Shown piece by piece: positions 10,252 through 19,781 of a DNA stretch of 64,000 bases (position 1 is its first letter; each line of letters begins with the position of its first letter). The translations under genes were made by a program, and so were the position numbers. This DNA comes from a virus (Duplodnaviria > Caudoviricetes): positions 128,001-192,000 of the IMG/VR virus record IMGVR_UViG_3300001528_000580. One strand, given 5' to 3'. Below the pieces are notes generated by a model, which saw only the letters and a program-made list of their open reading frames with translations, had not been told where the DNA came from and ran no database searches.

Positions 10252-10485
10252 TTATTTATCTTTATCCTTATCTTGATTTTTATTGTCTTTATCATTATTA
10301 TCTTTATCCTTATTGTCAAATAATGATGTTATCCATAAAATCGCTATATATAAAAAGCATATCAATGAAATGATATTCCAAAATATTGACATCTCATATA
10401 CTTTCATATAGAAATACTGATTTTTTAAAATGAGTGCGATTAATGCAAGAATTGCATAAAATCTTATCTCAACCATTCTCATCAT
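10252..10485 (-). CDS. Small two-TM membrane protein with D/K/N-rich tail
   Basis: AGGAG RBS, MMRM start, two hydrophobic helices. Confidence 0.65.
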   Translation of the reverse strand: MMRMVEIRFYAILALIALILKNQYFYMKVYEMSIFWNIISLICFLYIAILWITSLFDNKDKDNNDKDNKNQDKDKDK

Positions 10486-10648
10486 AATATTTTTTCTCCT
10501 AATCTACTGCATGTAGAAACTTTGCTTTAAAGATAAAAAATATAGAAAAAAATAAGTTTTAAAGCTCTTGTGATTGATGTTGCGTTTTTCCTATGCTTAT
10601 TTATTATATAGCTGTTAATTTTTCTCTATGGTGCTTTAAAACGCAAAT

Positions 10649-10684
10649 AAAAAGGAGCTTGTAAAATACTTTACAAGCTCCTTT
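10649..10684 (-). terminator. Intrinsic terminator after DUF932
   Basis: AAAGGAGCTTGTAAA/TTTACAAGCTCCTTT stem. Confidence 0.85.
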
Positions 10685-10697
10685 AGTAGCTTATTGA

Positions 10698-11675
10698 TTA
10701 AGCGGCAACATATTCCATTGCAGTATCAAAAGCGATATCTACAACCTTTTTACCGTTTCCGAAAAGGATGTTGTTACCACGATCTTTGATACGATTACCG
10801 CCAATATAATGTTCAACAGATTCTTCAACACCATTGAACAAACCATAAAGAGTGTTCACGATTCCAAGTTCCTTCGTGCCACTTCCCTTGTAAACGGACT
10901 CACGGAATGTCGAAAGAACATTGTTGGCAGTTGTCTTTGCCTTACCATCTTTCATTTCTTCAATGTCTTTGATGCTCATTCCATAGGCACGATCCATTAC
11001 CTTGTCAAGATAAGTATCAACAAATCCTGCATCGATTTTGACATCCAACATGCGCTTGAACGCATCGTTCTGCTTTTCAAAAGCAGCTTTGGTTTCAGAA
11101 TAAATCTTCCGAACTTCTTCCAAACGCATGTTCATCTTCATGGTATGTTTGATTTTATTCTTAATACCATCTTCGTTAAGAGCAACCTGCAACGTATTAT
11201 TGCAAACAACACGGATAGTTGTCGGCATAACCTGAACTGCACGACTTCCATCATGACTCCACATGAACAGAAGATACTGCTTCAAAACATCATCATGAAC
11301 AAGTTCAATCTCTCCTTGCTTGAGAAGAATCCAACACACTTCTCCATTACGCAAGGCTCCGGCAGTTTCATATGTCCACAAATCAGAAGTAATCAAAGGA
11401 TCACACCAACCAAATGCTTCTTTGTTCTGAAGGATATTATAACGTTCACGACAAGTTCCAAGAACTCTCATATCTTTATCACGAACAAGAGCAAACTCCT
11501 GTGTTTCATGGAGATTTCCATTGTGCTGAAACATAAGTGGAAATCTTTCCACTTTCCAATCAAGCCCACTTGCAACGTAGGCTTCATCTGTGTTGGGAGC
11601 ATCCGCAAGAACATTGCCAAGTCCATGCCATGCGTTTTGCCTGACGAAGAATCCAGATTCAAACAGAGCTGCCAT
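10698..11675 (-). CDS. DUF932/DUF945-family phage/plasmid protein
   Basis: AWHGLG, SGLDWKV, QNKEAF, ETAGAL..G, SHDGS, TTIRVVCNNTL motifs; own promoter, AGGAGG RBS and terminator. Confidence 0.9.
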   Translation of the reverse strand: MAALFESGFFVRQNAWHGLGNVLADAPNTDEAYVASGLDWKVERFPLMFQHNGNLHETQEFALVRDKDMRVLGTCRERYNILQNKEAFGWCDPLITSDLWTYETAGALRNGEVCWILLKQGEIELVHDDVLKQYLLFMWSHDGSRAVQVMPTTIRVVCNNTLQVALNEDGIKNKIKHTMKMNMRLEEVRKIYSETKAAFEKQNDAFKRMLDVKIDAGFVDTYLDKVMDRAYGMSIKDIEEMKDGKAKTTANNVLSTFRESVYKGSGTKELGIVNTLYGLFNGVEESVEHYIGGNRIKDRGNNILFGNGKKVVDIAFDTAMEYVAA

Positions 11676-11733
11676 AGTAATACCTCCTATTTTTATTGAT
11701 TACTGGCGACAAGTTTTCCTTGTTTCTACATAT

Positions 11734-11761
11734 ACTATACACCTAAAAAAGAAAAAATCAA
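11734..11761 (-). promoter_or_regulatory. Sigma70-like promoter of the DUF932 gene
   Basis: TTGATT-N16-TATAGT. Confidence 0.75.
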
Positions 11762-11798
11762 GTCCTATTTTTAAAAAATTGTTTTTTTCTTTAAATTT

Positions 11799-12818
11799 TT
11801 ATTCATCTAATTCAGAACAAAAATTTTTAAATTTATCAAACAAATCACTTTTGTCAATTAAAATAACATCATTGAAAGATATTGACTTACTAAACGATAC
11901 AATATTCATAATAAACTTTAATCTTTTCATGAATATTTCATAATTGTTAGTTGAATCACAAAATCTCAATTCAATAGTTTTTTCATTAGTTAAATTTACA
12001 GCTTCGCAATGATCGGAACAAAATTTTAACCCCCATTGATTTTCACTTTTTGAAGCTCTTTCACAGTAATCGGTTAATCTTCTCCCACCAATTTTTTGCA
12101 TTAATTCTTCATTATTATTAACAAAATAATCAATAACACGAAGATTTTCTTCATCAAAAAACTTTCTTGATAAATGAAAATGAAGTCCACATCCGTTAAT
12201 ATTACTCATATTATATTTTTGCATAAGAGTAAATATATTTTTCCATTCATTCGATTCAATATGATATCTTAATGTAGCTGGATGTGAAACTATTTCAACA
12301 CCATCCAAACTTAAACTACCATCTGATTTACAATAAACAAAATTATTTTGATTTGATATATCTTTAACAAAATTAATGTTATCATAATTATCAATACATG
12401 GATTAATTTCAAGTTCAATACCAATAAATAAATTGGTTTTTTCATTTTTATTTTTATGGAAAATCGGTTTTGGTTTAAAGAGATAATCATGAATTTTACC
12501 ATTATCATTATTATCATTATCTTTATTAAAACAATCAGAGCAAATTAAATTTCCTGCCATTTTAGTATTTGGCTTTTCTTTATGGCAACGGCTACATTGA
12601 AAATATTCATATTCACAAAATGAGCATACTATTTTATCATTAATATGATATTTTTCAAAGTCATATTCACAATAACTAATCTTACAAGAACTACATTTGT
12701 ATAAACGTGATCTTGCACATTCTTTACAAGAAAATTCAAAACCATTAAATGTGGCAAACTTCCGCATTTCATCTTCATTGTAAGTGTTCTTACAAAAAAA
12801 GCATGTTTTTTGTTCCAT
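11799..12818 (-). CDS. Putative amidoligase, paralog 2 (6 CxxC)
   Basis: GIELE, KSDGSL, EIVSHP, CGLHFH, AVN..TIELRF. Confidence 0.85.
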   Translation of the reverse strand: MEQKTCFFCKNTYNEDEMRKFATFNGFEFSCKECARSRLYKCSSCKISYCEYDFEKYHINDKIVCSFCEYEYFQCSRCHKEKPNTKMAGNLICSDCFNKDNDNNDNGKIHDYLFKPKPIFHKNKNEKTNLFIGIELEINPCIDNYDNINFVKDISNQNNFVYCKSDGSLSLDGVEIVSHPATLRYHIESNEWKNIFTLMQKYNMSNINGCGLHFHLSRKFFDEENLRVIDYFVNNNEELMQKIGGRRLTDYCERASKSENQWGLKFCSDHCEAVNLTNEKTIELRFCDSTNNYEIFMKRLKFIMNIVSFSKSISFNDVILIDKSDLFDKFKNFCSELDE

Positions 12819-12829
12819 AAAATTAATCC

Positions 12830-13819
12830 TTATTTTTTATTTTGATCAATAACTTCCGCAAGTTTATTGAAGCATTCAATATTATTTAAAAATGATACAT
12901 ATAATTTCAATAATTTTCCTTTTCTTGTTACAATATCCTTCTTATCAATAGCTGAAAAAAATCTATTATAATCTTTAATACATATTGCTTTTTCTTTTAA
13001 TGATTTATTGAACATCTTAAAATTGAAAAAAAGTATTAAGGAATAAATAAACATTATTCTAAGATAAAATTCATTAATATCATTTGTTGATTTACAAAAT
13101 CTAAATTCAATTGTATTGGGATTTTCTAAATTTAAAATACAATATCTGTTAAATGTTGTTGAACCCCATTGATCATAATTTTTTCTTATACGTTGACAAT
13201 AATGATTTAATTTTCTTCCACCAATCTTTTCTAACATTTGTACAACTTTGCTATCGTTGATAAATAAATCAAGTAGAAATAATTCTCTTGAAGAAAAAAT
13301 CTCTTTATTTACATGAAAATGTAAACCACAATTTTTGTTTTTTGTCATTTCATATTTATTAATAAGATTAAAAATTTTATCCCATTTTGCATTTCTTAAA
13401 TGAAAATCAAAAGTACCAGGATGGCTTACAATCTCAACACCTTCATCTCCAATTGAACCGTCTCGTTTGAATATAAAAAAATTATTTTTATTAATTTTAT
13501 TACATTCTTTAATAAATTCATTAAAATAATATCCATCACGATTAATTGAATTAATTTCTAATTCAACTCCAATGACTTCTTTATCAACTCCGAATCTTTT
13601 CCACTTTGGCTTATAATAATGTGATTTAATAACATTACATATTGAACAAGTATGCTCAATACATAATCCCAAAAACTTTTTAGGTTTAAAATACCGATGA
13701 CATTTTCCACATCTCTTAAAATATTTTTCAAAACATTCTTCGCATAATGGTATGTTATCTAAATATACAATTTTGCCATATACTTCTTCATTACATTTAT
13801 TGCATTTCATATTTATCAA
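12830..13819 (-). CDS. Putative amidoligase, paralog 3 (about 4 CxxC)
   Basis: GVELE, KRDGSI, EIVSHP, CGLHFH, RYCILN..TIEFRF. Confidence 0.85.
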   Translation of the reverse strand: MINMKCNKCNEEVYGKIVYLDNIPLCEECFEKYFKRCGKCHRYFKPKKFLGLCIEHTCSICNVIKSHYYKPKWKRFGVDKEVIGVELEINSINRDGYYFNEFIKECNKINKNNFFIFKRDGSIGDEGVEIVSHPGTFDFHLRNAKWDKIFNLINKYEMTKNKNCGLHFHVNKEIFSSRELFLLDLFINDSKVVQMLEKIGGRKLNHYCQRIRKNYDQWGSTTFNRYCILNLENPNTIEFRFCKSTNDINEFYLRIMFIYSLILFFNFKMFNKSLKEKAICIKDYNRFFSAIDKKDIVTRKGKLLKLYVSFLNNIECFNKLAEVIDQNKK

Positions 13820-14549
13820 AATCTTCTTTTTTAAGGTATTTCATTTTAAAATCAATTACAAATTCCTTAAACATATTGTAAATTTTTTCAGCAGAGTTAG
13901 ATGTAATTTCTGAAAAAGAATGACGCTTACAAAAATGTGCAATACAATAAATTAATTCCATACGTTTAAAAAATGTAGCCATGTGACTTGTTGTATTACA
14001 AAATCTTAATTCAATGGTTGAATTTGTAACGTGAAATGCAGAGAAATGATCTACATCTACACGACCCCATTCACTAATATTTTTCATTCTCCTATTAGAA
14101 TAAGATGAAAAATCTCTCCCACCAATAAAGGTAACGAAATTTGCTATTTTATTGTAGTTATTAATGAAGAAATCAATAGTTTTAATATTATCAGAATCAA
14201 AAAATGTTTTACTAAGATGGAAGTGAAGCCCACAACCATTACCATATGTGATCTTATATTTCTTAATATTATTGAAAATATTCTTCCATTCAAAGCAATT
14301 TTCATGAAATTTTATAGTTGCAGGATGGCTTACAATTTCAACACCGTTATAAACAGTACAATCTTCTTTGAAATAGATAAAATCTTCATCTTGATTAACA
14401 TTACTTAAAAAATCATTTAACATTCCATTTTCGCAATTATCAGTTGTTGTATTAACTTCTAATTCTACTCCGATAAAAAAATCATCTTTACATTTACCAT
14501 AAAAGACAAACTCATCTGGACGATATGAATCATAATGTATTTTTTTCAT
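13797..14549 (-). CDS. Putative amidoligase, paralog 4 (no CxxC array)
   Basis: GVELE, KEDCTV, EIVSHP, CGLHFH, TIELRF. Confidence 0.85.
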   Translation of the reverse strand: MKKIHYDSYRPDEFVFYGKCKDDFFIGVELEVNTTTDNCENGMLNDFLSNVNQDEDFIYFKEDCTVYNGVEIVSHPATIKFHENCFEWKNIFNNIKKYKITYGNGCGLHFHLSKTFFDSDNIKTIDFFINNYNKIANFVTFIGGRDFSSYSNRRMKNISEWGRVDVDHFSAFHVTNSTIELRFCNTTSHMATFFKRMELIYCIAHFCKRHSFSEITSNSAEKIYNMFKEFVIDFKMKYLKKEDFDKYEMQ

Positions 14550-14558
14550 TTTAATTTC

Positions 14559-15296
14559 CTAAATAATATTTTTGTTTTTCAAAAGTGTTTTGATATATAA
14601 AGATTCTTCAAATCCGTTATTATTCAAAAAATCAACAAACATTTTGATATTATTTTTTACAGCAATATCAATAAAACTAGTTTGTTTAACAAATAATATA
14701 ATATTTCTAACAATAAATAATTTTTGTAAAAACATATTATATTGTGTTGGAGATAAGAAAAATCTCAATTCAATAGTTTCACTGTTTGTTAAATTAATTG
14801 CGTCACAATGATCGGAAATTACAGAAGAACCCCAATCATGAAATCTTTTATTTCTTCTTTTACAGTAATATCCAAATTCTCTATCTCCAAATGCTTCCAT
14901 CATTTCTTTATTATTATTAATAAAAAAATCAAGTGTTGCAATATTATCAATAGAGAATCCATTTTTGTTAATGTGAAAATGAAGTCCACAACCAGTATTA
15001 TCATACATCATTGTTTCTGATAAAATATCATATAATTTTTTCCATTTATTACTTTTAAGATGAAAGTCAAATGAAGCCGGATGACTTACAATCTCTATTC
15101 CTTTGCTACCAATACTTGCATCATTTTTACAATAGAAAAAACTATCGTTATCTAACATATATGAACATGTATATTTATCTTCTCCAATAATTTCCAGTTC
15201 AATGCCATAAAATTCATTGATATTTTTATTTAATCTTTTTTCTTCATCAGTTGTGAAAAATATTGGTTCAGGTTTAAAGCTATGTGACTGAATCAT
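14559..15296 (-). CDS. Putative amidoligase, paralog 5 (no CxxC array)
   Basis: GIELE, KNDASI, EIVSHP, CGLHFH, AIN..TIELRF. Confidence 0.85.
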   Translation of the reverse strand: MIQSHSFKPEPIFFTTDEEKRLNKNINEFYGIELEIIGEDKYTCSYMLDNDSFFYCKNDASIGSKGIEIVSHPASFDFHLKSNKWKKLYDILSETMMYDNTGCGLHFHINKNGFSIDNIATLDFFINNNKEMMEAFGDREFGYYCKRRNKRFHDWGSSVISDHCDAINLTNSETIELRFFLSPTQYNMFLQKLFIVRNIILFVKQTSFIDIAVKNNIKMFVDFLNNNGFEESLYIKTLLKNKNII

Positions 15297-15312
15297 TTTA
15301 ATACCTTTAAAG

Positions 15313-16638
15313 TTAAATAGCTACTTCAAGAATTTCAACATTTTCCATCGATTTATTTGATTCCAAAAATGATTCAAACATTTTTATATTATCTTCAGTA
15401 ATAATTTCTTTGAATGTAACATTCATTGAAAAATTAACAATATCATGGATAAAATTAAGTCTTTTCATGAATGTAGTATAATCAGGTGTTGATTTACAGA
15501 ATCTCAATTCAATAGTTTCACTATTAGTCAGATTAACTGCATCACAATGACGAGAAGAATAGCTCATTCCCCAATTATTCATATCCTTTTCACGAGATGA
15601 GCAGTACCCATCCAGTTTTCTACCACCAATGTTAGCGATAAATTCAGGATTATTATTGACAAAATAATCTAATACACGAATTGCTTCTTCTGTAAAGAAA
15701 TTTCTGCTAATATGAAAATGTAAACCACAATTTTCAATATTATCCATACCATTGTTTTCAAGAATATCAAAAATTTTGTTCCAAATATTTGTTTTAGTAT
15801 GAAAATCAAAAGTACCAGGATGACTTACAATCTCAACACCATTATCTCCAATTGAACCATCATGCTTACAATAAACAAAGTCAATGTTATTGTTCAAATC
15901 ATAAGCGCAACAACTACGATCAGCGCCACGAATTTCTAATTCTACACCAATAAAAAGTTTGGTATATTCTCCATCATACCGTCTAAAACATGGTTCTGGC
16001 TTATATTCATATGGATAAATACCTTCTTCATCCTCTCCACCAGTTTCTTCATAACAATCATTACAAAGATTAGAACAACAGCTTTCCTGATCATTCGGAA
16101 AGAGTTGATCGCATCTTTCACACTGGAAAAAATATTCCCTACGACAATCATCACAAATGTAATTATTATCATAGTCAGTATTTGAATCTTCATATGGGCA
16201 AAATTCACCACATTCATTGCATTTAAAATGTGTTTTATCAATGCAATCAGCACAAATATGTTTGCAATCTGATGTTCTTATAATGTCATCGTTATTAAAA
16301 TGTTTTTGACAACTTTCACAAAAACTATACTCTTCAATACAGTTTTCGCATACCATCCCAATATTTTCTACATAATAATAATTGTCATTAATGGTATCAA
16401 TTTTTTCTCCACACTCTTCACAACAAGGTATCTCATTGTAACAGTCGGAACAATAGATATTTCCTTTGAACTCATTAATGTCTTCGGTCAACACGTCATC
16501 GCATTTTTCACATTTAGGAAGATTGTTATAACAATCGTCACAATAATGAAAATTTTTTACATTGTTATCTTCATTGTTATTAAATTGCTTTTCGCAATTA
16601 GAACAGACAAACATGTTTTTTTCATCTTCGTGCAACAT
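15313..16638 (-). CDS. Putative amidoligase, paralog 6 (about 12 acidic CxxC)
   Basis: GVELE, KHDGSI, EIVSHP, CGLHFH, AVN..TIELRF. Confidence 0.85.
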   Translation of the reverse strand: MLHEDEKNMFVCSNCEKQFNNNEDNNVKNFHYCDDCYNNLPKCEKCDDVLTEDINEFKGNIYCSDCYNEIPCCEECGEKIDTINDNYYYVENIGMVCENCIEEYSFCESCQKHFNNDDIIRTSDCKHICADCIDKTHFKCNECGEFCPYEDSNTDYDNNYICDDCRREYFFQCERCDQLFPNDQESCCSNLCNDCYEETGGEDEEGIYPYEYKPEPCFRRYDGEYTKLFIGVELEIRGADRSCCAYDLNNNIDFVYCKHDGSIGDNGVEIVSHPGTFDFHTKTNIWNKIFDILENNGMDNIENCGLHFHISRNFFTEEAIRVLDYFVNNNPEFIANIGGRKLDGYCSSREKDMNNWGMSYSSRHCDAVNLTNSETIELRFCKSTPDYTTFMKRLNFIHDIVNFSMNVTFKEIITEDNIKMFESFLESNKSMENVEILEVAI

Positions 16639-16693
16639 TTTTTATTCCTCTTTTTTAAAAAATATAGCTTGAACTTTCCTTTATACAGTATAT

Positions 16694-16721
16694 ACTATAC
16701 CATAAAATTAGAAAAATTCAA
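16694..16721 (-). promoter_or_regulatory. Sigma70-like promoter of the five-amidoligase array
   Basis: TTGAAT-N16-TATAGT with TG extension. Confidence 0.75.
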
Positions 16722-16739
16722 GCTGTATTATTAAAAAAT

Positions 16740-17714
16740 TCATTTTTTTTGCCGTAACAAAAGACAATCACAGCATATTTTTTTATTTACATCTTCAATT
16801 AACAAAGAATTATGATATTCTTTATTACATTCATCACAAGTAAAGAATTGTTTACTGATAGGAAGACTATCAATACCATATTCATCATAGCAATTCCAGC
16901 AAAAATCTTTTTTACCGATAGTTATTCCACCATAATCATCAAATCTTTCGTCACAAATACAACAAGTGGACAATTCTTTATGAATTTTACTGCCTCTTGT
17001 AAATCCAAGCATATTAATTTTGGTTCTCCAATTATCTTCATAGTCATGATTGGAATAAAAAACGCCATTATTGTTAATCCAATTACCAAATATTTTCCAT
17101 ATTCCATCATCTTTGAGAATAGCTATTTTATTATATCCAATTTCTCTACTAATTTGCTTTTGATATTTTGTTGAACCATTAATAGTTTCTTTAATCATAA
17201 ATTCCAAATTTTTATTAGGACTATCATTAATTAAATATTCCCACAAACTTTTTTCATTATTGGAATTTATATAAGTATCATTCAGCTCTTCAAACATCTT
17301 TAATGTAAAAAGCATTGTATCTGAAATAGTTCCTGTTGGATCGTATTTTTTAAAAGTAAATTTGGGATAGTGCAAAATACCGTTATGAATAAGTCCATAA
17401 CCATTGAAAGAAATATTCTTTTTTCTCAAATCAGAAATTGAATTTGTAATCGGAAAAGGATGGGTATTTCCTCCATCCCTTAATCCATGAGTTGCAATAC
17501 GAAAGTGAATAAATATAGTGTCTTGTTCAGTAAAATTTTCTGAACAAAATGCAGTATAGAAATCTTCAAAACTCATATACCCTTTTTTAATATGAAGTTG
17601 ATTGTTCCTAACAAACATGAATCCTGCACCATCAGGATTATTATTGAAACAATTTAAGAAAGATGCACGGTCAGGAATTTCAACATTTTTGGGTTTTACG
17701 ATAGCTATACACAT
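16740..17714 (-). CDS. Class II (Ntn) glutamine amidotransferase with C-terminal CxxC array, copy 1
   Basis: Cys2 nucleophile (MCIAIVKP), NPDGAG, HFRIATHG, NTHPF, HNG, SDT; 4 C-terminal CxxC. Confidence 0.9.
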   Translation of the reverse strand: MCIAIVKPKNVEIPDRASFLNCFNNNPDGAGFMFVRNNQLHIKKGYMSFEDFYTAFCSENFTEQDTIFIHFRIATHGLRDGGNTHPFPITNSISDLRKKNISFNGYGLIHNGILHYPKFTFKKYDPTGTISDTMLFTLKMFEELNDTYINSNNEKSLWEYLINDSPNKNLEFMIKETINGSTKYQKQISREIGYNKIAILKDDGIWKIFGNWINNNGVFYSNHDYEDNWRTKINMLGFTRGSKIHKELSTCCICDERFDDYGGITIGKKDFCWNCYDEYGIDSLPISKQFFTCDECNKEYHNSLLIEDVNKKICCDCLLLRQKK

Positions 17715-17747
17715 TTAATTTTCTCCAAGTTTTTGTTTTCTTATTAT

Positions 17748-17775
17748 AAAATACACGTGTTTCTTGTTTTTTCAA
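17748..17775 (-). promoter_or_regulatory. Sigma70-like promoter of GATase 1
   Basis: TTGAAA-N16-TATTTT. Confidence 0.65.
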
Positions 17776-17924
17776 GCGATTTTACAAAAAAAATTAAAAA
17801 AAATAAAATATTATTATGGATAATAATATATTTATATTATATAAAACAAACAAAAATAGTAAATCTAACTATTATTTTTAATCTATGATTTATTATATAC
17901 AATTAGAAATAATCTTTTTTATTG

Positions 17925-18145
17925 AAATCATAATCATAATCTATAAAACAATTAAATCATAATTAATGATCGTTAAAAATAAAAATCATAATCAATGATC
18001 ATCTTTTGTGAATATCATTATCATAATCAAAAAATATTAATTATCATATTCATAATCTATTAAATTAATACATCTCTATCATAATTTTTATTTTGTTATA
18101 TCTTAATCAAAATCTAATAATTATAACATCTTAATCATTATAATA
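17925..18145. repeat. Cluster of about 8 ATCATAAT-like short repeats
   Basis: Copies near 17927, 17933, 17956, 17984, 18020, 18049, 18078 and 18135 in non-coding AT-rich DNA. Confidence 0.5.
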
Positions 18146-18199
18146 AGTAATACAATATCTTATTGTAATTTTAGAAAAATTTTGTTGTATAATAAATAT

Positions 18200-19278
18200 G
18201 AATTTTAAAAAAATATCATAAATATTATAAATATAAATTTTATCTAGATATAAATTCTAGTTATCAAATTAACACAAAACATTACAATTGGATAGTTAAA
18301 TAATTTATAATCAAATTTTTATGTTATATACTGTAATTTAATATTATAATCTGATGATATTAAAAAAAACAAATAATAATTTATGTTTACTATATTAAAA
18401 GATATTTAATAGAACTTTAAAAGTTATAAATGTATGATTAGATTATTAAAATATATTAAGTATATAATAACTTATTAAAATGATATATAAATGTTATAAA
18501 TCATTTTTTAATAATAAAAAGTTAGATATAAAATTAAGAATATAAAAATTTAAAAATTATAAACATAAAATCTTTACATTAAAAAATCATAATTTAAGTT
18601 GACATAGAATAATAAAGTAATAATTTAATAAAAAATATAGATATTTTAAGAATTAATATTTTAAGAATTAATATTTTCAAAATATCTATATTAAATATTA
18701 AAAGAATAAGTATAAACAGAAATAGAAATAGTTTAGGATAATTATATTCAATAATTATTACGGATTTAGAAGAAACTAAAAGAATAAATGCTACTGGTAA
18801 ATCAGTGGGTTTTGACTTTGGTTTAAAAACTTTTTTAACCGCTAGTGATTATGAAGATATAAAAGCTCCTTTATATTTAATAAAAAACATCAAGAAGTTA
18901 AAAAAGTTAAGTAAAAATTTTTCTAAAATAGTTAAAGGTAGTAATAATTATAATAAAGCAAGGCTTTGCCTTGCAAGATTACATAAGAAAATATGTAACC
19001 AAAGAAATGATTTTTTATTTAAAGTTGCATTAGAAATAATTAGAAAATATGATATTATATTTTTAGAAACTTTAGATTTAGAAGCTATGAAAAAAAGATT
19101 TGGAAGAAAAATTAATGATTTAGGTTTTAATAACTTCTTAGAAATTTTAAAACAAAAAGCTAGTATTTATCACAAAAATATAATATTTAAAGATAAATAT
19201 TTTCCAAGTAGCAAAACTTGTAGTAATTGTGGATTTGTAAATAAAGATCTCAAGTTAAATGATAGAGAGTGGATATGA
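18200..19278 (+). pseudogene. tnpB: Decayed IS200/IS605-family tnpB
   Basis: 18742-19278 is open: TGKSVGFDFGLKTFLT (RuvC-I), IIFLETL (RuvC-II), FPSSKTCSNCG..REWI then stop, so RuvC-III is missing. Eroded upstream remnants (YKSFFNNKK, KFK..K.FTLK, RNSLG*) contain stops. Left boundary approximate. Confidence 0.85.
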
Positions 19279-19781
19279 TTTTTATATTTTTTTTAATGGA
19301 AGTAAAATGATTTTTTATTATTTATATAGATTGCTATCATGTCAGTAATAATAAAAAACAATATATAAACATAATTTATTTTGATTATTACCAGTAACAA
19401 ATATAGTTTAATATGTTTTAATCTATACAATACACCAATGATAAATTATATATTAATAATAAAAATAAGTATATTTTGGAAATTTCACCACAAACAAATT
19501 TATAAATATTATAGTTTATATTTTATTTGATTTTATTTTATACAGAAATGAATCGGATTCATTATAAGAATAAAAAATTTTAATCCGATTCATTTTTTAT
19601 TGTTATAAATAGATTTTAGATCGTACAAATAAAAGAACTATGATAAAAAATCATATTTATCATAGTTCTTAACTAACGTATAACAAAATAAGGAGTTTTT
19701 TAGTTATACCAATAACAATATAAAATAAATTATTGTTATTTTCTATTAAAATAGCATATAAAATTAATTTGTCAAATTAAA

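Noticed and set aside
10809-11699. 296-aa plus-strand ORF
   Set aside because: Antisense shadow of the GC-richer DUF932 gene; no RBS, promoter or recognisable motif
17780-19780. Possible CRISPR array or intact TnpB/omega-RNA system
   Set aside because: No regularly spaced direct repeats; tnpB lacks an intact N-terminus and RuvC-III, and I could not identify transposon ends
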